34,025 nucleotides of DNA, from the sequence record NC_074635.1; one strand, 5' to 3'. Position numbers and translations under genes: made by a program. Position 1 is the stretch's first letter. Each line of letters starts with the position of its first letter. The notes beneath the pieces were generated by a model. That model saw only the letters and a list, made by a program, of their open reading frames with translations. It was not told where the DNA came from and did not search any database. Below, piece after piece: positions 15,899 through 25,941 of the stretch.

Positions 15899-17305
15899 TT
15901 ATCTATTCGCTATATTTTGGAAGTTTTTGTAATAAAATATCGGTTTGTAAGTTTTTAAAAATGTGGATTTTTGAGATTGTTTTAAATTGTTTTGCACTTT
16001 CGCTAAACCTTGCAATTGTTCACCCAATTGCTGAGCAAATTGCAAATCTGCTTCACTTATGCCGTAAAAACTCCATTTTTGTTTCCAGTAACTAAGAAAA
16101 TCTTGGTAAGTTAACGATCTTTCACCCGCATTATATGTATAATTCTGCTGATATGGATATCTTGCAATTTCTAATATTGCGCTAGCTACCATTTTTGCAT
16201 ACCAAATATTACTATATTTTCTATTTACTATTTTATGAACATTTTCAAATAATTGATATGCTGATATATATGTCTCAGCATATTGAGATTGTGAAATATT
16301 TAAACTTCCTAGTGATGGATCTTGAAAATGTTGTAACAATATTGTGCCAAATATTTGTATTATAGCTCTATCTGCTGATAAAATTGCTATATCTCTATCT
16401 GGAGAATTATAATCAGGCATTAAAATTATAAAATCTAACGGTGCTAAATCTAAAATCATACCTAAAGCTTGAGCAAAATATTGTAGTTTAACATTATTTT
16501 GTAATTGGATAAATGGCGTAGATGTTGAAGATTGATTGGGAGCTAATACGCATCTATCCAACCATCCAGTATCAAGCGAGAAGCCTGAGTTTATTATATC
16601 ATTTATTAATTGTAAAAATGCTAGTACATATTTCGCTAAATCTGGCAAAGTATTGAAAAAATCTTGTGCTGATAAATTATATTGTTGTCCCAACGCTGAT
16701 AAGACATCATTAACACCCGTATTTTGCAATAAATTAAATAAATAATTGTCTACATTAGGGTTGTAAGTTATTGTAATTCCTAAATCTTCAACATCTACAT
16801 ATTGTAATTGTTGAGTATATTGATTTAATATTTGTTCTAATTGTTGACAACCTTGGTTGTTTGTTATTGTCCCTAAGGCTGATTGATAAACGCTTAAATC
16901 AAAGTATGTTTCATCAAAAACTGCTGGCTGATAGAGTATTGAACAATTTTCAACATAAGCATCATATGCATTTAGAAAACCTTGTAAAACATCAACTGAA
17001 GATTGAATTGGTTGAGGTGTACCGAACAAATATTGTGATTGAAAAAAGCTAGATTGTTGTAATTGAGAAATTGCAAAGTTATTTAAAGCGTTTAAAATTG
17101 AATATATTAACTGTGCATAAGCTATTCCGTAATTTATATTTATACCTGATGGGATTGTAATATTTTGAAGTGCAGTTGGCAAAACTGCTGATGTTCCAGC
17201 AGAAAACATACTAGAAAATGCGGGAAAAGTTTTTCTAGAAAATACTTTGTTATAAAGGTGATATTTCATTTGGGCTATTGATCTTTGACCTCTCCTACTT
17301 ACCAT
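15899..17305 (-). CDS. Minor virion protein (SIRV2 ORF488-like)
   Basis: 468 aa with a basic N-terminus (MVSRRGQRS), Q/N-rich; divergent from the GNAT-Hjc-ORF1070 block as in SIRV. Confidence 0.8.
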   Translation of the reverse strand: MVSRRGQRSIAQMKYHLYNKVFSRKTFPAFSSMFSAGTSAVLPTALQNITIPSGININYGIAYAQLIYSILNALNNFAISQLQQSSFFQSQYLFGTPQPIQSSVDVLQGFLNAYDAYVENCSILYQPAVFDETYFDLSVYQSALGTITNNQGCQQLEQILNQYTQQLQYVDVEDLGITITYNPNVDNYLFNLLQNTGVNDVLSALGQQYNLSAQDFFNTLPDLAKYVLAFLQLINDIINSGFSLDTGWLDRCVLAPNQSSTSTPFIQLQNNVKLQYFAQALGMILDLAPLDFIILMPDYNSPDRDIAILSADRAIIQIFGTILLQHFQDPSLGSLNISQSQYAETYISAYQLFENVHKIVNRKYSNIWYAKMVASAILEIARYPYQQNYTYNAGERSLTYQDFLSYWKQKWSFYGISEADLQFAQQLGEQLQGLAKVQNNLKQSQKSTFLKTYKPIFYYKNFQNIANR

Positions 17306-17415
17306 ACTTATATATATGTATCATTTACTTTATATTTCATATACTTATATTTCTTTATTGTATATTTTTCTTTCAACAAAAGTCTTAAAAATGTTATGAA
17401 TGTACATATTCTTAT

Positions 17416-17883
17416 ATGCCTAACAATTGTAAAGTTGTCCAAATTGAAGATAAGAGAGATATAAAATTAGTAAGATTATTGATTGATAAATATCATCAAC
17501 AGGGATTAAAATTAGGTGGCGGAGCGTCAAAGGTTGAACAATATTATGCTTATGAATGTGAAGGATTTATAGTAGCAGTAGCGTGGCTACATGGTAGTGA
17601 GCCATACCGATTTATTGCTCAAAAGTTTAACATTCCGTTAGACCGTTCACTTTTTATCAGAAGAATAACAAAAACCTCACCTGAAGATTATCTTATTAGT
17701 TTTTTAAATGAACTTTCATTACTTTTAAGGCAAAACGGTTATGAAGCCCTATGGACTTTAGGTTTTCCAAATCATTCAAATGCGTTGTATAAGAAAGCAA
17801 ATTTTGAAGAAGTTGGAGAAACAAATAGAACAAAAAATCCAGTTTTCGTACGGTGGTTGAATGAACATAAAAGCGAAAGGTAA
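17416..17883 (+). CDS. GNAT-fold acetyltransferase-like protein (SIRV ORF154-like)
   Basis: FIRRI and HSNALYKKANFEEVG (motif B-like); conserved position before the resolvase. Confidence 0.75.
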   Translation: MPNNCKVVQIEDKRDIKLVRLLIDKYHQQGLKLGGGASKVEQYYAYECEGFIVAVAWLHGSEPYRFIAQKFNIPLDRSLFIRRITKTSPEDYLISFLNELSLLLRQNGYEALWTLGFPNHSNALYKKANFEEVGETNRTKNPVFVRWLNEHKSER

Positions 17884-18223
17884 ATATTATGAATATAAAG
17901 CTTTAGAAATATTAAAAAATAAAGGTTTTAAAGCCCTTAGAATTCCAACTAGTGCAACTGGAAAACAACCTTTACCCGATATAATTGCTACTAAAAATAA
18001 TACAATTTATGCGATTGAAGTTAAATCAACTAGACAAAATAGGATTTATATTGATGCTTTTCAAATTGAAAAAATTATAAAATTTTGCATGATGTTTGAT
18101 TTTTGTAATTGTGAACCAACAATTTTGATTTTTTGGAAAAAATATAAAAGTGTAAGAATGTATAAAATTAATCAATATGACGGAAAAAACGGAATCACAA
18201 TCAGGTACAAAGCAAAAAGTTAA
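17861..18223 (+). CDS. hjc: Holliday junction resolvase (Hjc family)
   Basis: KGKYYEYKALEIL...PDIIA...IEVKS, the PD-(D/E)xK signature; 120 aa like SIRV ORF121. Confidence 0.93.
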   Translation: MNIKAKGKYYEYKALEILKNKGFKALRIPTSATGKQPLPDIIATKNNTIYAIEVKSTRQNRIYIDAFQIEKIIKFCMMFDFCNCEPTILIFWKKYKSVRMYKINQYDGKNGITIRYKAKS

Positions 18224-18371
18224 CGAAGTTACTGCAAAATTATATATGGCGTTAGATGATTTAGCTTTTGCACTAGCGCTTGAGGAAGATGAAAAAATTA
18301 GAAAATCTGATGTTTTCAAAAAAGCTCAGGAAGTTATAAAAATACTAACTGAGATGAGAAAAACGAAATAA
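18177..18371 (+). CDS. Small conserved hypothetical protein (64 aa)
   Basis: Helical ORF overlapping the hjc 3' end; position matches a small SIRV core ORF. Confidence 0.65.
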   Translation: MTEKTESQSGTKQKVNEVTAKLYMALDDLAFALALEEDEKIRKSDVFKKAQEVIKILTEMRKTK

Positions 18372-18441
18372 ATTGAATACTTTTTTTCACATCACTGTAT
18401 TTTTCTCACAAATACAATCTTTATAAAAAGCTATCTTGCAA

Positions 18442-18478
18442 TCTTACAATCCTAACAACTTTAACTTTCTTGATTGTA
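18442..18478. repeat. Composite intergenic element B
   Basis: TCTTACAATC...ACTTTCTTGATTGTA, partner of 13776-13821. Confidence 0.7.
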
Positions 18479-18610
18479 TTTATCTCAAGTTATTGAGACA
18501 ACTAGACCGACTGCTATAATTCTTATAATTATTATAATGTATAACTCTCACTGCATTTGTCTAGCTTTATATTTAAATATTTGTAAAGTGAATGATAAAA
18601 GTAGATAGTA

Positions 18611-21600
18611 ATGTCCTTCCTCCTTAATTTAGGTGATATTGGCACATTCTTTAGTGATGAATTAATAAACTTAGAAAACTTTGTAAATTTTATATCTAGC
18701 GATTTCGTTAATTTCTTCCAAACAATTGCAACTGATACTGAAAATTCATTACATACAATTGCACAGTTTTTAACTGATATACCTTCATTTTTACAAAATG
18801 CAATAAGTGATATAGTTTCAATTTTACAAACTTTCATATCAGGTATTGCTCCAACCTTAGAAAATATTGGCAAATTTATAGCAAATGGCTTTTTAAATTT
18901 CCTAAGCGATTTAGCAAATTTTGGGCAAACTATAGCAAGCGGTATTTATGAGATCGTAAAGGATATTGGTCAAGCTTTTGCACAATTTTCACAAACTATA
19001 GTTCTTGATTTCTTTAATTACATATTTCCAAACTTTAAATATATTGCAAGTGCTGGACAACAATTATTAAATTTCATTTCACCGTATTTATTGCCTTACG
19101 TAATCAGTAAAGGTCTACCGCTGATGATTGAAAAAATTTCAGAACTATTGCCAGAATTTGAAATTGATCTAGCTCCAATCGGTTTCGGTGTCAAATTGCC
19201 AGTAAAATTTGGCGAATTTTTGGAAGCATTTGGCGAGAATTTAGTTGATTTTCTAAAAGAAGTTCATACTGAGATTTTCTCAACTTTCAAAGATAGTTTA
19301 AAAGAACCATTTATATCAGATTTCAAAATAGAATTGAGAGAAATATTTAATGCAATCGGTTTAGGTGATGTGCCGTTTGCCGATCCAAGGTTCACTGATG
19401 TGGCAAAATGGGTCTCAGTGAGAAGTTTTGATGAGGTAAAAGATCACCTCAAAGAAACGATATTGCTAACCGGTTTTCCAAAATGGTTCACTGATGCCTA
19501 CTTAGAGTCTCCAGTTGATGATTATATTCCAAGAAATCCTTTGTTTAGACCCGTAGGAATTGCTGACGTAATAACTGGCGTACAATTAGGCGTACTTGAA
19601 AGTAGTGCAATTTCAAAATATGCATATAATAATTTAATAACTCCTAAAATTGCTAATTTAATGTATAAAAATTCAACTGCACGGTTGCTTCAAAGAGCAA
19701 TAGAGCAAGGTATAAGACAATTTGTAATCAGTCCTGAAGAAGCATACAATGAATTATTTAACAATTTATCATTAACTGGAAAAGATTTATATTTAAAAAT
19801 ATACAATTTGGAGTATAATTATGCGGTACAAAGAATTGTAAGGCAATTTCTACGTTCATTGTTGTCAAGAGCTTTATCAAATTTTGGTAGACCTTATTTT
19901 GACCTAAAGGAATTAGAAGGTACAATACATACGTTATTTATTCAATTAGGCTACCCAAAAAGTGTACAAAATGTATTTAACACAATGGTTGAACAATCAC
20001 AACAAATACAATTTAATCAATTACTATTTACTCAACTTGAAAATTTGGTAAGATTAGGAGTTTATAATAAGACAAATGTTGATAAGATATTAAAAACTTA
20101 TCATTTTGATCTCACAATAACTGATTTAATATTTAGCTATCAACTTCAACATCTACAACTTCAAAACCAGTTAAAAATAATTCAATCGCAACTTAAAAGT
20201 TTCTTAATTAAGCCTGATGACGCTGAAAAAGAATTGAAAAAGCTCGGCTTTGATTCATCAATTATTCAAGATACAATTTATGAAAACTATACTGAAACAT
20301 TGATAAAATATCAATCAACGCAAATTGAAAACTTAATAAGAAGAGGATATTATGATAAAAATCTTGCGGAACAACAACTAAAAAATATTGGAGTAATAAA
20401 AGATTTCGCAGATATTGTAGTAAATTATGCTACAACCGAACTTGAAATTCAAGAAAACTTAAGACAAATACAATTTCAACTTCAAAACTTCTTATTATCT
20501 CAAACTGATGCAATAAACAAATTAAAGGCTTTACATATAAATGAAGCATTGATATCTTCATTAATTTTACAATATTATACAGAACCAATTACTAAATTCA
20601 AAATTTCAAGACTTGAGAGTCTAGCAAGGAGCGGGATAAACGTACAAAAAGATCTAAAAGCGATTGGCTTAACTGATGAATTTATATCGTTATTTACAAC
20701 TTATACAAATTTAGAAGTTGAAACTAAATATCATATTGAATTAGTACAATTAGCATTGGAAAATTACTTAATGAATGACAAAACTGCAATATCTCAGCTT
20801 TCAAAATTAAGTTTAGATCCAGTTTATCAACAATCCATAATTTATAGATATTATAATGTAAATCTTATCAAACTAATATTAAGAAATATTGAAGAAAATT
20901 TAAAAGAATTAGAAATTACACCGCAACAAGCATTGCAAGAATTGAAAAAAATTGGAATAGTTGATGAATTTGCTAATTTATTAGTTGAACTTTATACACC
21001 AACATTTTACAACATTAGGACAATTGCACAATATATAATTGAAGGACAATTGTATAAAGTCGGCAAGGTTCCAATAAATTTTGGAAATGCGGAACAAGAA
21101 TTGAAAAAACTCGGCATACCAGACAATCAAATACAAATTTTATTAAATCAATATGCTTTACAATTCGGCTTAGAAACTTGGAGAAAATATTTACCGTCAT
21201 TAAGTGAAATACAAACTGCAATTAGATATAATTATCCAATTTCAAAATTAGTAGATTTATCGTTTATACCTTCAGAACTACTAAATTTACATTTAGATTT
21301 AATACAATTTGAACAAATTGCACAACAAGTGCAAGGAATGAGATCGCTTTATATTTCACTTCAGGAATTTAATTACAATTATCCTCAGCTAGAACAACTA
21401 CTAACTAAATATGGCATAAATCAGCAATTATTACAAGTATTACAAATGGAAGCAAAAATTAGAAAAATTATAACTGGTTTACAAGAATTGTATTTGACGC
21501 CGTCAAAAGCTTTAACGATTAGCGAATATGTGTCAAATCCTGATCAACTTTTACAGAAAGTATTTTCAGAATATTCTATACCAACTGATTTACAAAATAC

Positions 21601-21805
21601 TTATCTTGAGTATGCGAGAAATAGAAGATTGAGAACATATATAAACCAAATAATTAGCACAATTTCGCTACTTTTTGAAAAGGGGAAAATTGATTTAGGA
21701 ACCGCACAAAGCTATTTACAACAATTGAAGCAATACGGTCTAACAAACGAAGAAGTACAATTAATAATATTAAATTGGCAATTGAGGAGTCTATATCAAG
21801 GATGA
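18611..21805 (+). CDS. Large virion terminal-fibre protein (SIRV2 ORF1070/gp38-like)
   Basis: 1064 aa, MSFLLNLGDI start, amphipathic N-terminus and helical repeats; largest ORF, in the conserved position. Confidence 0.9.
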   Translation: MSFLLNLGDIGTFFSDELINLENFVNFISSDFVNFFQTIATDTENSLHTIAQFLTDIPSFLQNAISDIVSILQTFISGIAPTLENIGKFIANGFLNFLSDLANFGQTIASGIYEIVKDIGQAFAQFSQTIVLDFFNYIFPNFKYIASAGQQLLNFISPYLLPYVISKGLPLMIEKISELLPEFEIDLAPIGFGVKLPVKFGEFLEAFGENLVDFLKEVHTEIFSTFKDSLKEPFISDFKIELREIFNAIGLGDVPFADPRFTDVAKWVSVRSFDEVKDHLKETILLTGFPKWFTDAYLESPVDDYIPRNPLFRPVGIADVITGVQLGVLESSAISKYAYNNLITPKIANLMYKNSTARLLQRAIEQGIRQFVISPEEAYNELFNNLSLTGKDLYLKIYNLEYNYAVQRIVRQFLRSLLSRALSNFGRPYFDLKELEGTIHTLFIQLGYPKSVQNVFNTMVEQSQQIQFNQLLFTQLENLVRLGVYNKTNVDKILKTYHFDLTITDLIFSYQLQHLQLQNQLKIIQSQLKSFLIKPDDAEKELKKLGFDSSIIQDTIYENYTETLIKYQSTQIENLIRRGYYDKNLAEQQLKNIGVIKDFADIVVNYATTELEIQENLRQIQFQLQNFLLSQTDAINKLKALHINEALISSLILQYYTEPITKFKISRLESLARSGINVQKDLKAIGLTDEFISLFTTYTNLEVETKYHIELVQLALENYLMNDKTAISQLSKLSLDPVYQQSIIYRYYNVNLIKLILRNIEENLKELEITPQQALQELKKIGIVDEFANLLVELYTPTFYNIRTIAQYIIEGQLYKVGKVPINFGNAEQELKKLGIPDNQIQILLNQYALQFGLETWRKYLPSLSEIQTAIRYNYPISKLVDLSFIPSELLNLHLDLIQFEQIAQQVQGMRSLYISLQEFNYNYPQLEQLLTKYGINQQLLQVLQMEAKIRKIITGLQELYLTPSKALTISEYVSNPDQLLQKVFSEYSIPTDLQNTYLEYARNRRLRTYINQIISTISLLFEKGKIDLGTAQSYLQQLKQYGLTNEEVQLIILNWQLRSLYQG

Positions 21806-21811
21806 TAAAAA

Positions 21812-23383
21812 ATGGTAACAATTACTATAAATTGGTCAAAGCCGGTAACGGGCGTAATTGGTTATTCACAAACTGCGCCAAATCCCGGCTATAGCGGTTC
21901 AATGACATTTCCAAATACTACAAATTATCAATATTTTCAAAATCAACAAGTCTGGACATTTGACGCTCCAAGTATATTTTATGTTTTCGTAATCTTGTAT
22001 GGGCTTCAAACCGAAAGTAATTCTTCACCTCTTGTGACGTTTGAACTAGAAGTTGACGGTCAGAAAATCACTATGCAATTTGTGATAAGTTATGGATTAA
22101 ACACCTTAGGTATTCCAGTATTAATAGCAGTAAATGTTCCAGGAATTGGAACCGTACAATTATCAGGTTTTACATGTACCGGATACGATCAAACTCAACT
22201 GGGAAGTTCAACTATTGGTCTTTCACGGGCTAATACATGCTCAGGTATAACGACATGTACAAATTGTCCAAATTTTCAACAAACTGGATATGGGTTTTTC
22301 TTTTCTATAATTTCTGGCAGTTTAATATTAAATGATAATTCTTATATTCAAAATTTATATTTAGTACCGATTCCATCTAATTATTCACTTCCAACTTATC
22401 CATCTCAGTTTACAATTTCTAAACTTTTAAGTCCGCCAACTTATAGAAGTTTAATTAAATCAAGTCTATGGAACGAAATAAGACAAGATATAATATTAGC
22501 ATATCAGACAATTGCAGAATATTTATTATATTTTCAAAATGTAGACTATACAAATTATCAGAATTTTCTATATTTACCGTATCCTTTGTTACAACAAATC
22601 AAAAATCAAAAATTAACATACCTCATACCTTACGATTTTAATTATATTCCAATCGTTGGAAAAGGTTCACCTTTGACATCAAAAATGTTTAATCAATTAG
22701 TTGATGCAATTACGCAAATAGCAAACTTTTTAAATATACAACTACCGTTTCCTTTACAAAAAGTAATAGCAAATGAGGTCGTAACTTATTGGCAATTCTA
22801 TCTTTTAGTTCAAAATCTAAACTCATTTCTGAAATTCGCAAACTACTATTTGATGAATTATATAAATAATTTAAATGGAAATATCATAAATATTTACAAT
22901 AAATCTATATTAAATCTTATAATTGAATATCTATATGGAGAAATAACAATTAGTGGTACAAGCTTTGTGAAAAATTTTGTAGGCTTGCCATCATCTGGTT
23001 CAGTTGTATTACTTAATAACTCAACAATTAAAAACCTTATATTACAAAATGTGTTAAATTTAATACTTAATGACTACTCAGCTATAAATTTTATATATAG
23101 TAATTATAGCCAAGGGTCTTTTACTTTGAATGATTTTAGCGTAATCAATCAATTGCTTCTTTTAAATTTCTACCAGTCAATCACATTAAACAATTATGCA
23201 ATAATTCAAAATATCAATACAAATAATTCATCTTTTGATTTGACGCTTAATAATAATAGTCAAATTATAAATTTAATTTGCAATAACTCAACTATTTATA
23301 TATCACAAAGCGGTAATAGTATAATACAAAATATAAAGTGTAATAGTTGTTCAATTTATATCAATGGCTCGCAGTATTGTTAA
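21812..23383 (+). CDS. Putative virion/adhesion protein with C-terminal Asn-rich beta-solenoid
   Basis: 523 aa; W/F-N-x-x-V motifs shared with the next two structural ORFs; periodic LNNxSxIxN repeats. Confidence 0.75.
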   Translation: MVTITINWSKPVTGVIGYSQTAPNPGYSGSMTFPNTTNYQYFQNQQVWTFDAPSIFYVFVILYGLQTESNSSPLVTFELEVDGQKITMQFVISYGLNTLGIPVLIAVNVPGIGTVQLSGFTCTGYDQTQLGSSTIGLSRANTCSGITTCTNCPNFQQTGYGFFFSIISGSLILNDNSYIQNLYLVPIPSNYSLPTYPSQFTISKLLSPPTYRSLIKSSLWNEIRQDIILAYQTIAEYLLYFQNVDYTNYQNFLYLPYPLLQQIKNQKLTYLIPYDFNYIPIVGKGSPLTSKMFNQLVDAITQIANFLNIQLPFPLQKVIANEVVTYWQFYLLVQNLNSFLKFANYYLMNYINNLNGNIINIYNKSILNLIIEYLYGEITISGTSFVKNFVGLPSSGSVVLLNNSTIKNLILQNVLNLILNDYSAINFIYSNYSQGSFTLNDFSVINQLLLLNFYQSITLNNYAIIQNINTNNSSFDLTLNNNSQIINLICNNSTIYISQSGNSIIQNIKCNSCSIYINGSQYC

Positions 23384-23425
23384 ATAGTAAAAAATTTATA
23401 ACATTTCTTTGATGAATATTTATAT

Positions 23426-25174
23426 ATGAGTAACTTACCTTATCCCGTAAAATTTAAGACTCCGCTAGAATATTTGTCGTTACAGGAATGGAATAACTTT
23501 GTACAAAATTTGCAATTTATAAACCAATACGGTTCAGCAAAACTTTTGCAATATTACCAAAACGGCAATTTTCAAAATTTAAACGAAGTATTTGCTAAAA
23601 CTCTTTACGTCATGCAATTATACGTTAATGGCTTTATAGCTCTACATAACTTATCAGCTCCAGAAGCGTATACATTTCCAGAATTTTTTGAGACAATGAT
23701 AAAAACTCAAGGCATATTCAACGCATGGAATACGCTGATTTCTAAACTTAAAAGTGTGCAAATTCAATATCCTACCGCAAAATTGCCATATCTAAAATCT
23801 CCACAAGTTACAGAAATTCCTTACAATCTAATCTATCTAGAGAAAATCAAAAAATATCAATTTGAAGAAACTTTACAACCTTATATAAAGACAATTTATC
23901 AATTAATACCTAGGCTGATAGCAAAAATTTCTACACCAGTAGGATTTGCTGGCTCACAATTTTTATTTTCAGGTAGTGCAAATTTACAACAGTTAATTGA
24001 TAATTATGTAAATCCGTTGTATTATTCACATGTAAGAGAAATATTAATCCAAAATCTTGGAAACAATCCAGTACAAATAAACAATTCAATCTATTTAATG
24101 CCGGGGAAAATCTTGAAAGTTACAGTATCCGATCTGTCACAACTTGACTTATATGCACAATCTCCTACGCTTATAAGTTTAGGCGTATCATTTACAAAAA
24201 TTCCAGTACAAGCTTATGCAATTACTATAACAAATACGCAAAGTAATCCAACTCCTTCACCATTTCAACAACTCCTTCAACTTGATTTGTCAAATATCAT
24301 ATCTTCAGCTTCTCAACTATTAAATTTACAATTTTGTTTAGACTTAAATTGCAATACTCCACTTTATGCGTGGATTGAAAATAATTCAAATTTGTCTAAT
24401 GTTTATATTTGGATAAATTTGCCAGTTTCTATACCAGCAAATTCTTCAATTACAATCTATATGTTTGTTAGAAATAGTATACAATATCCTTATACTGGAA
24501 TAAATCCAATATTGACTTCTACATATGCACAATATGATAATGGAGAAAATGTATTTCAATTTTATGATAATTTTGCGGGGACAAGCCTAAATACAAATAA
24601 ATGGAATTATGAAGGATATATAAGTGTAAATAATGGTTTAACAATAAGTACAAATCCAAATTCTAGTGCACAATGTAGTGAAAACGATATTTATTCTAAA
24701 AATACATTTTCAAATCCTATTATCGTTGATGCTTACGGTGAGTTGAATTCTCCGAACTCTTCAGGACAGACCTCATGTGTCATGGGGGGTGTTGGTTTTA
24801 GCAATGGTAATCTTGCCGGTACTCCAGCCATGACAAACGGATGGGCTCAGGATAGTGTAAATAATTTCGGTCTTACGATATGGAATGGTTCAGTTTATTT
24901 TTATGCTAATTCCCCTTCGCCATCTCAATCTGAATATGTTATTTTCAGCTTAGCCTTTATAAATTCAACACAAACAATAGCTTATATAAATTATCAACAA
25001 TCAGCAGAATCGACAGTAACAACAACATCAAATCCATTAAATATTGTAATTGGATTTCAAAATAACAACTTTATTTCAAATAATTATAATTGGATAAGAG
25101 TAAGAGCATATCCTCCAAATGGCGTAATGCCAAGTAATTCGCAACCACAACTTACAATTGTTTACATAACGTGA
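23426..25174 (+). CDS. Minor virion protein (SIRV2 ORF564-like N-terminus) with DUF2341-like C-terminal module
   Basis: N-terminal PLEYLSLQEWNNFVQNL; C-terminal LYAWIE...IWINLP..IPANSSITIYM...YDNGENVFQFYDNFAG...WIRVRAYPP. Confidence 0.78.
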   Translation: MSNLPYPVKFKTPLEYLSLQEWNNFVQNLQFINQYGSAKLLQYYQNGNFQNLNEVFAKTLYVMQLYVNGFIALHNLSAPEAYTFPEFFETMIKTQGIFNAWNTLISKLKSVQIQYPTAKLPYLKSPQVTEIPYNLIYLEKIKKYQFEETLQPYIKTIYQLIPRLIAKISTPVGFAGSQFLFSGSANLQQLIDNYVNPLYYSHVREILIQNLGNNPVQINNSIYLMPGKILKVTVSDLSQLDLYAQSPTLISLGVSFTKIPVQAYAITITNTQSNPTPSPFQQLLQLDLSNIISSASQLLNLQFCLDLNCNTPLYAWIENNSNLSNVYIWINLPVSIPANSSITIYMFVRNSIQYPYTGINPILTSTYAQYDNGENVFQFYDNFAGTSLNTNKWNYEGYISVNNGLTISTNPNSSAQCSENDIYSKNTFSNPIIVDAYGELNSPNSSGQTSCVMGGVGFSNGNLAGTPAMTNGWAQDSVNNFGLTIWNGSVYFYANSPSPSQSEYVIFSLAFINSTQTIAYINYQQSAESTVTTTSNPLNIVIGFQNNNFISNNYNWIRVRAYPPNGVMPSNSQPQLTIVYIT

Positions 25175-25180
25175 TTAAAA

Positions 25181-25285
25181 ATGAAACAAATTTACATTAG
25201 AGAAATAGAAGAATTAATAAAAGATATGAACAAAATAGAAGATATAAAAATAAAAATTATAGTATCTACAAAAAGTGAAATATAA
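25181..25285 (+). CDS. Possible 34-aa microprotein
   Basis: MKQIYIREIEELIKDMNKIEDIKIKIIVSTKSEI, starting 7 nt after the previous stop. Confidence 0.35.
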   Translation: MKQIYIREIEELIKDMNKIEDIKIKIIVSTKSEI

Positions 25286-25292
25286 AAAAAAA

Positions 25293-25562
25293 TTACTTTG
25301 TCTTTTTTAAATTTTGCCATCTCTTTACACAATATTTTAAACTGCCATGGTAGACCTTCATACACTCTGACAAGAACTTGTGATATTCGTCATTAGCTTT
25401 TCTATGTTTTTTATGTTTTTTAGTTTTTTTACTTTGTTGAGATTGTTGATTTTGTTGAGTTTGTTGATTTTGCTGATTTAGTTTGTTAACTAGGTTTAAC
25501 AAATCTTCAGGATTATCAACTTCAACTTCAACTTTATCATATAGTCTAACTTTATATGGCAT
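25293..25562 (-). CDS. Small basic protein, Q-rich linker, HMG-box-like C-terminus
   Basis: NQQNQQTQQNQQSQQ, KKTKKHKKHRK, then EYHKFLSECMK...KYCVKRWQNLK. AGGTGAG SD. Confidence 0.75.
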   Translation of the reverse strand: MPYKVRLYDKVEVEVDNPEDLLNLVNKLNQQNQQTQQNQQSQQSKKTKKHKKHRKANDEYHKFLSECMKVYHGSLKYCVKRWQNLKKTK

Positions 25563-25581
25563 TTTTCTCTCACCTTTTTAA

Positions 25582-25758
25582 TTAAAATCTTATTTTTTCA
25601 ACTCTTGCTTTTGGTATAGTCTCATTTTTTAATTCTTCCTTTATCATTTTTTCTATTGCTCTTCTTATCACTTCTGACCTATTTAAACCATGTTTTATGG
25701 CATAACTATCTACTAACTCTAATAGTTCGTCTTGTATTTTGAATGTTACGACCTTCAT
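25582..25758 (-). CDS. CopG-family RHH regulator (58 aa); missed by ORF track
   Basis: Hand translation MKVVTFKIQDELLELVDSYAIKHGLNRSEVIRRAIEKMIKEELKNETIPKARVEKIRF: classic Sulfolobales RHH, GGTGA SD. Confidence 0.9.
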   Translation of the reverse strand: MKVVTFKIQDELLELVDSYAIKHGLNRSEVIRRAIEKMIKEELKNETIPKARVEKIRF

Positions 25759-25941
25759 CTTTTCACCAATATTATATTCTACAAGATAATACTTAAAGCT
25801 TTCTTTCTTGTTTTATGTCAGTATAACGTCATACTACATAATGCGTATTACTCCAACAATCTTAAAATTCATAATCATATTAATATGTATATGTCTTTTT
25901 TGCATTGAGAAAATATAATCTTTAAAATTGAAAATTATTAT

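Noticed and set aside
16536-17052. Antisense ORFs 16536-16745 and 16861-17052; likewise 1273-1479, 1422-1646, 1731-1913, 18026-18319, 18532-18873, 21015-21221, 29476-29763 and 31461-31733
   Set aside because: They lie wholly or largely opposite well-supported genes or promoters, have no motifs and lack start signals. Shadow ORFs.
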